Below the pieces are notes generated by a model. The model saw nothing but the letters and a program-made list of their open reading frames with translations. It was not told where the DNA came from and did not search any database. A stretch of DNA of 64,000 bases from the human T2T-CHM13v2.0 reference genome, Homo sapiens, in NCBI RefSeq assembly GCF_009914755.1, contig NC_060930.1. One strand, written 5' to 3'. The translations under genes were made by a program, and so were the position numbers. Below are positions 62,829 through 64,000 of the stretch, in pieces. Position 1 is the stretch's first letter. Every line of letters starts with the position of its first letter.

Positions 62829-63459
62829 GTAAGCACCCATCCCATCTCTCCCTGGGAGAGGCCTCCAAAGCCGGGTTCCTCGAAGCATGACGCATGGGCC
62901 CACTGGAGCACCTTCACCAGGCTGTTACTTAGAGATGCAGGATCTCAGCCTCCTTCCACGCCTACTGGATTGGAATCTCTGGTGGAGCTTAACAAGCCCT
63001 GCAGGGAACCTGACGCATGACCAAATCTTAGAACCTTGCAAAGTACACCCGTTGGGTAAAGGTGTACCTGCCTTCTCAAGGCCACCTCCCCACCCCACCC
63101 CAAACCCCTCCCCATCCCTTCTTTCCCAGAGTTGCTGTGACAAGGAACGGAGCCACCTGGGTTGATCCATCTTAAGCCACTCTGTTTCTGGAAACAGAAA
63201 TTTTCTGTTAAGGGAGGAAAAAAGAACATGTAGCAGAATAAAATGGTGCCAGGGCAGGGCTGCAAGGTGCAGTAGGAGGTCAGAGGATCCAGACACCCAG
63301 CCAGCCGATGTGCCTACAACACAAAGATCCTCTGCAGGGCCACAGGGGCAGCCAGTCCCCTCCTCATCAGCCATCAATTGAACATGGCCAACAGCTGCCT
63401 GAGCTCAGTGATGGCCTGACCTTTACCTCAGAATGTTCCAGTGATTCCTGTCCATGTGA

Positions 63460-63860
<401 letters not shown>

Positions 63861-63909
63861 CCCAACAGTCTTATTTATGAAGGAGCCATTTATTCATTTA
63901 AAATGTCCT

Positions 63910-64000
63910 GGCCAGGCACGTTGGCTCACTTCTGTAATCCCAGCCCTTTGGGATCCACCGAGGCAGGTGGATCACCTGAGGTCAGGAGTTCAAGACCAGC
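63910..64000 (+). mobile_element. Alu 5' end (runs off window)
   Basis: GGCCAGGCACGTTGGCTCAC...CAGGAGTTCAAGACCAGC. Confidence 0.88.

Overview
Human genomic DNA, recognised from the protein sequences as the FOXP4-MDFI interval on 6p21.1. Bases 1-15.4 kb hold the last 12 coding exons of FOXP4 (+ strand; Q-rich region, C2H2 zinc finger, leucine zipper, forkhead, acidic tail; 510 codons plus stop, all GT-AG with consistent phase). They also hold the tailed mirtron MIR4641 and a ~3.45 kb 3' UTR with proximal and distal polyA signals. Bases 15.5-49.7 kb are a repeat-rich intergenic interval (Alu, L1M, L2, MIR, MLT1, MER1B, MER20, MER96B, one SVA). Bases 49.8-64 kb hold the MDFI (I-mfa) CpG-island promoter and its first three coding exons; the Cys-rich last exon lies outside the window. 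Most striking observations: (1) a nested retrotransposition cluster at 28.8-31.1 kb, where an SVA carrying a 3' transduction re-used an Alu's target site (triple TSD), next to a second TSD-flanked orphan-like insertion; (2) a stop-free, Arg-rich in-frame MDFI 5' leader with strong-context CUG codons, paralleling MDFIC p40; (3) a candidate regulated poison or terminal exon inside the intron that splits the FOXP4 forkhead domain; (4) a 28-bp templated insertion copied from 3.15 kb away; (5) two AluYb8 elements 8 kb apart. Repeat boundaries and subfamily calls were made by eye and are approximate.
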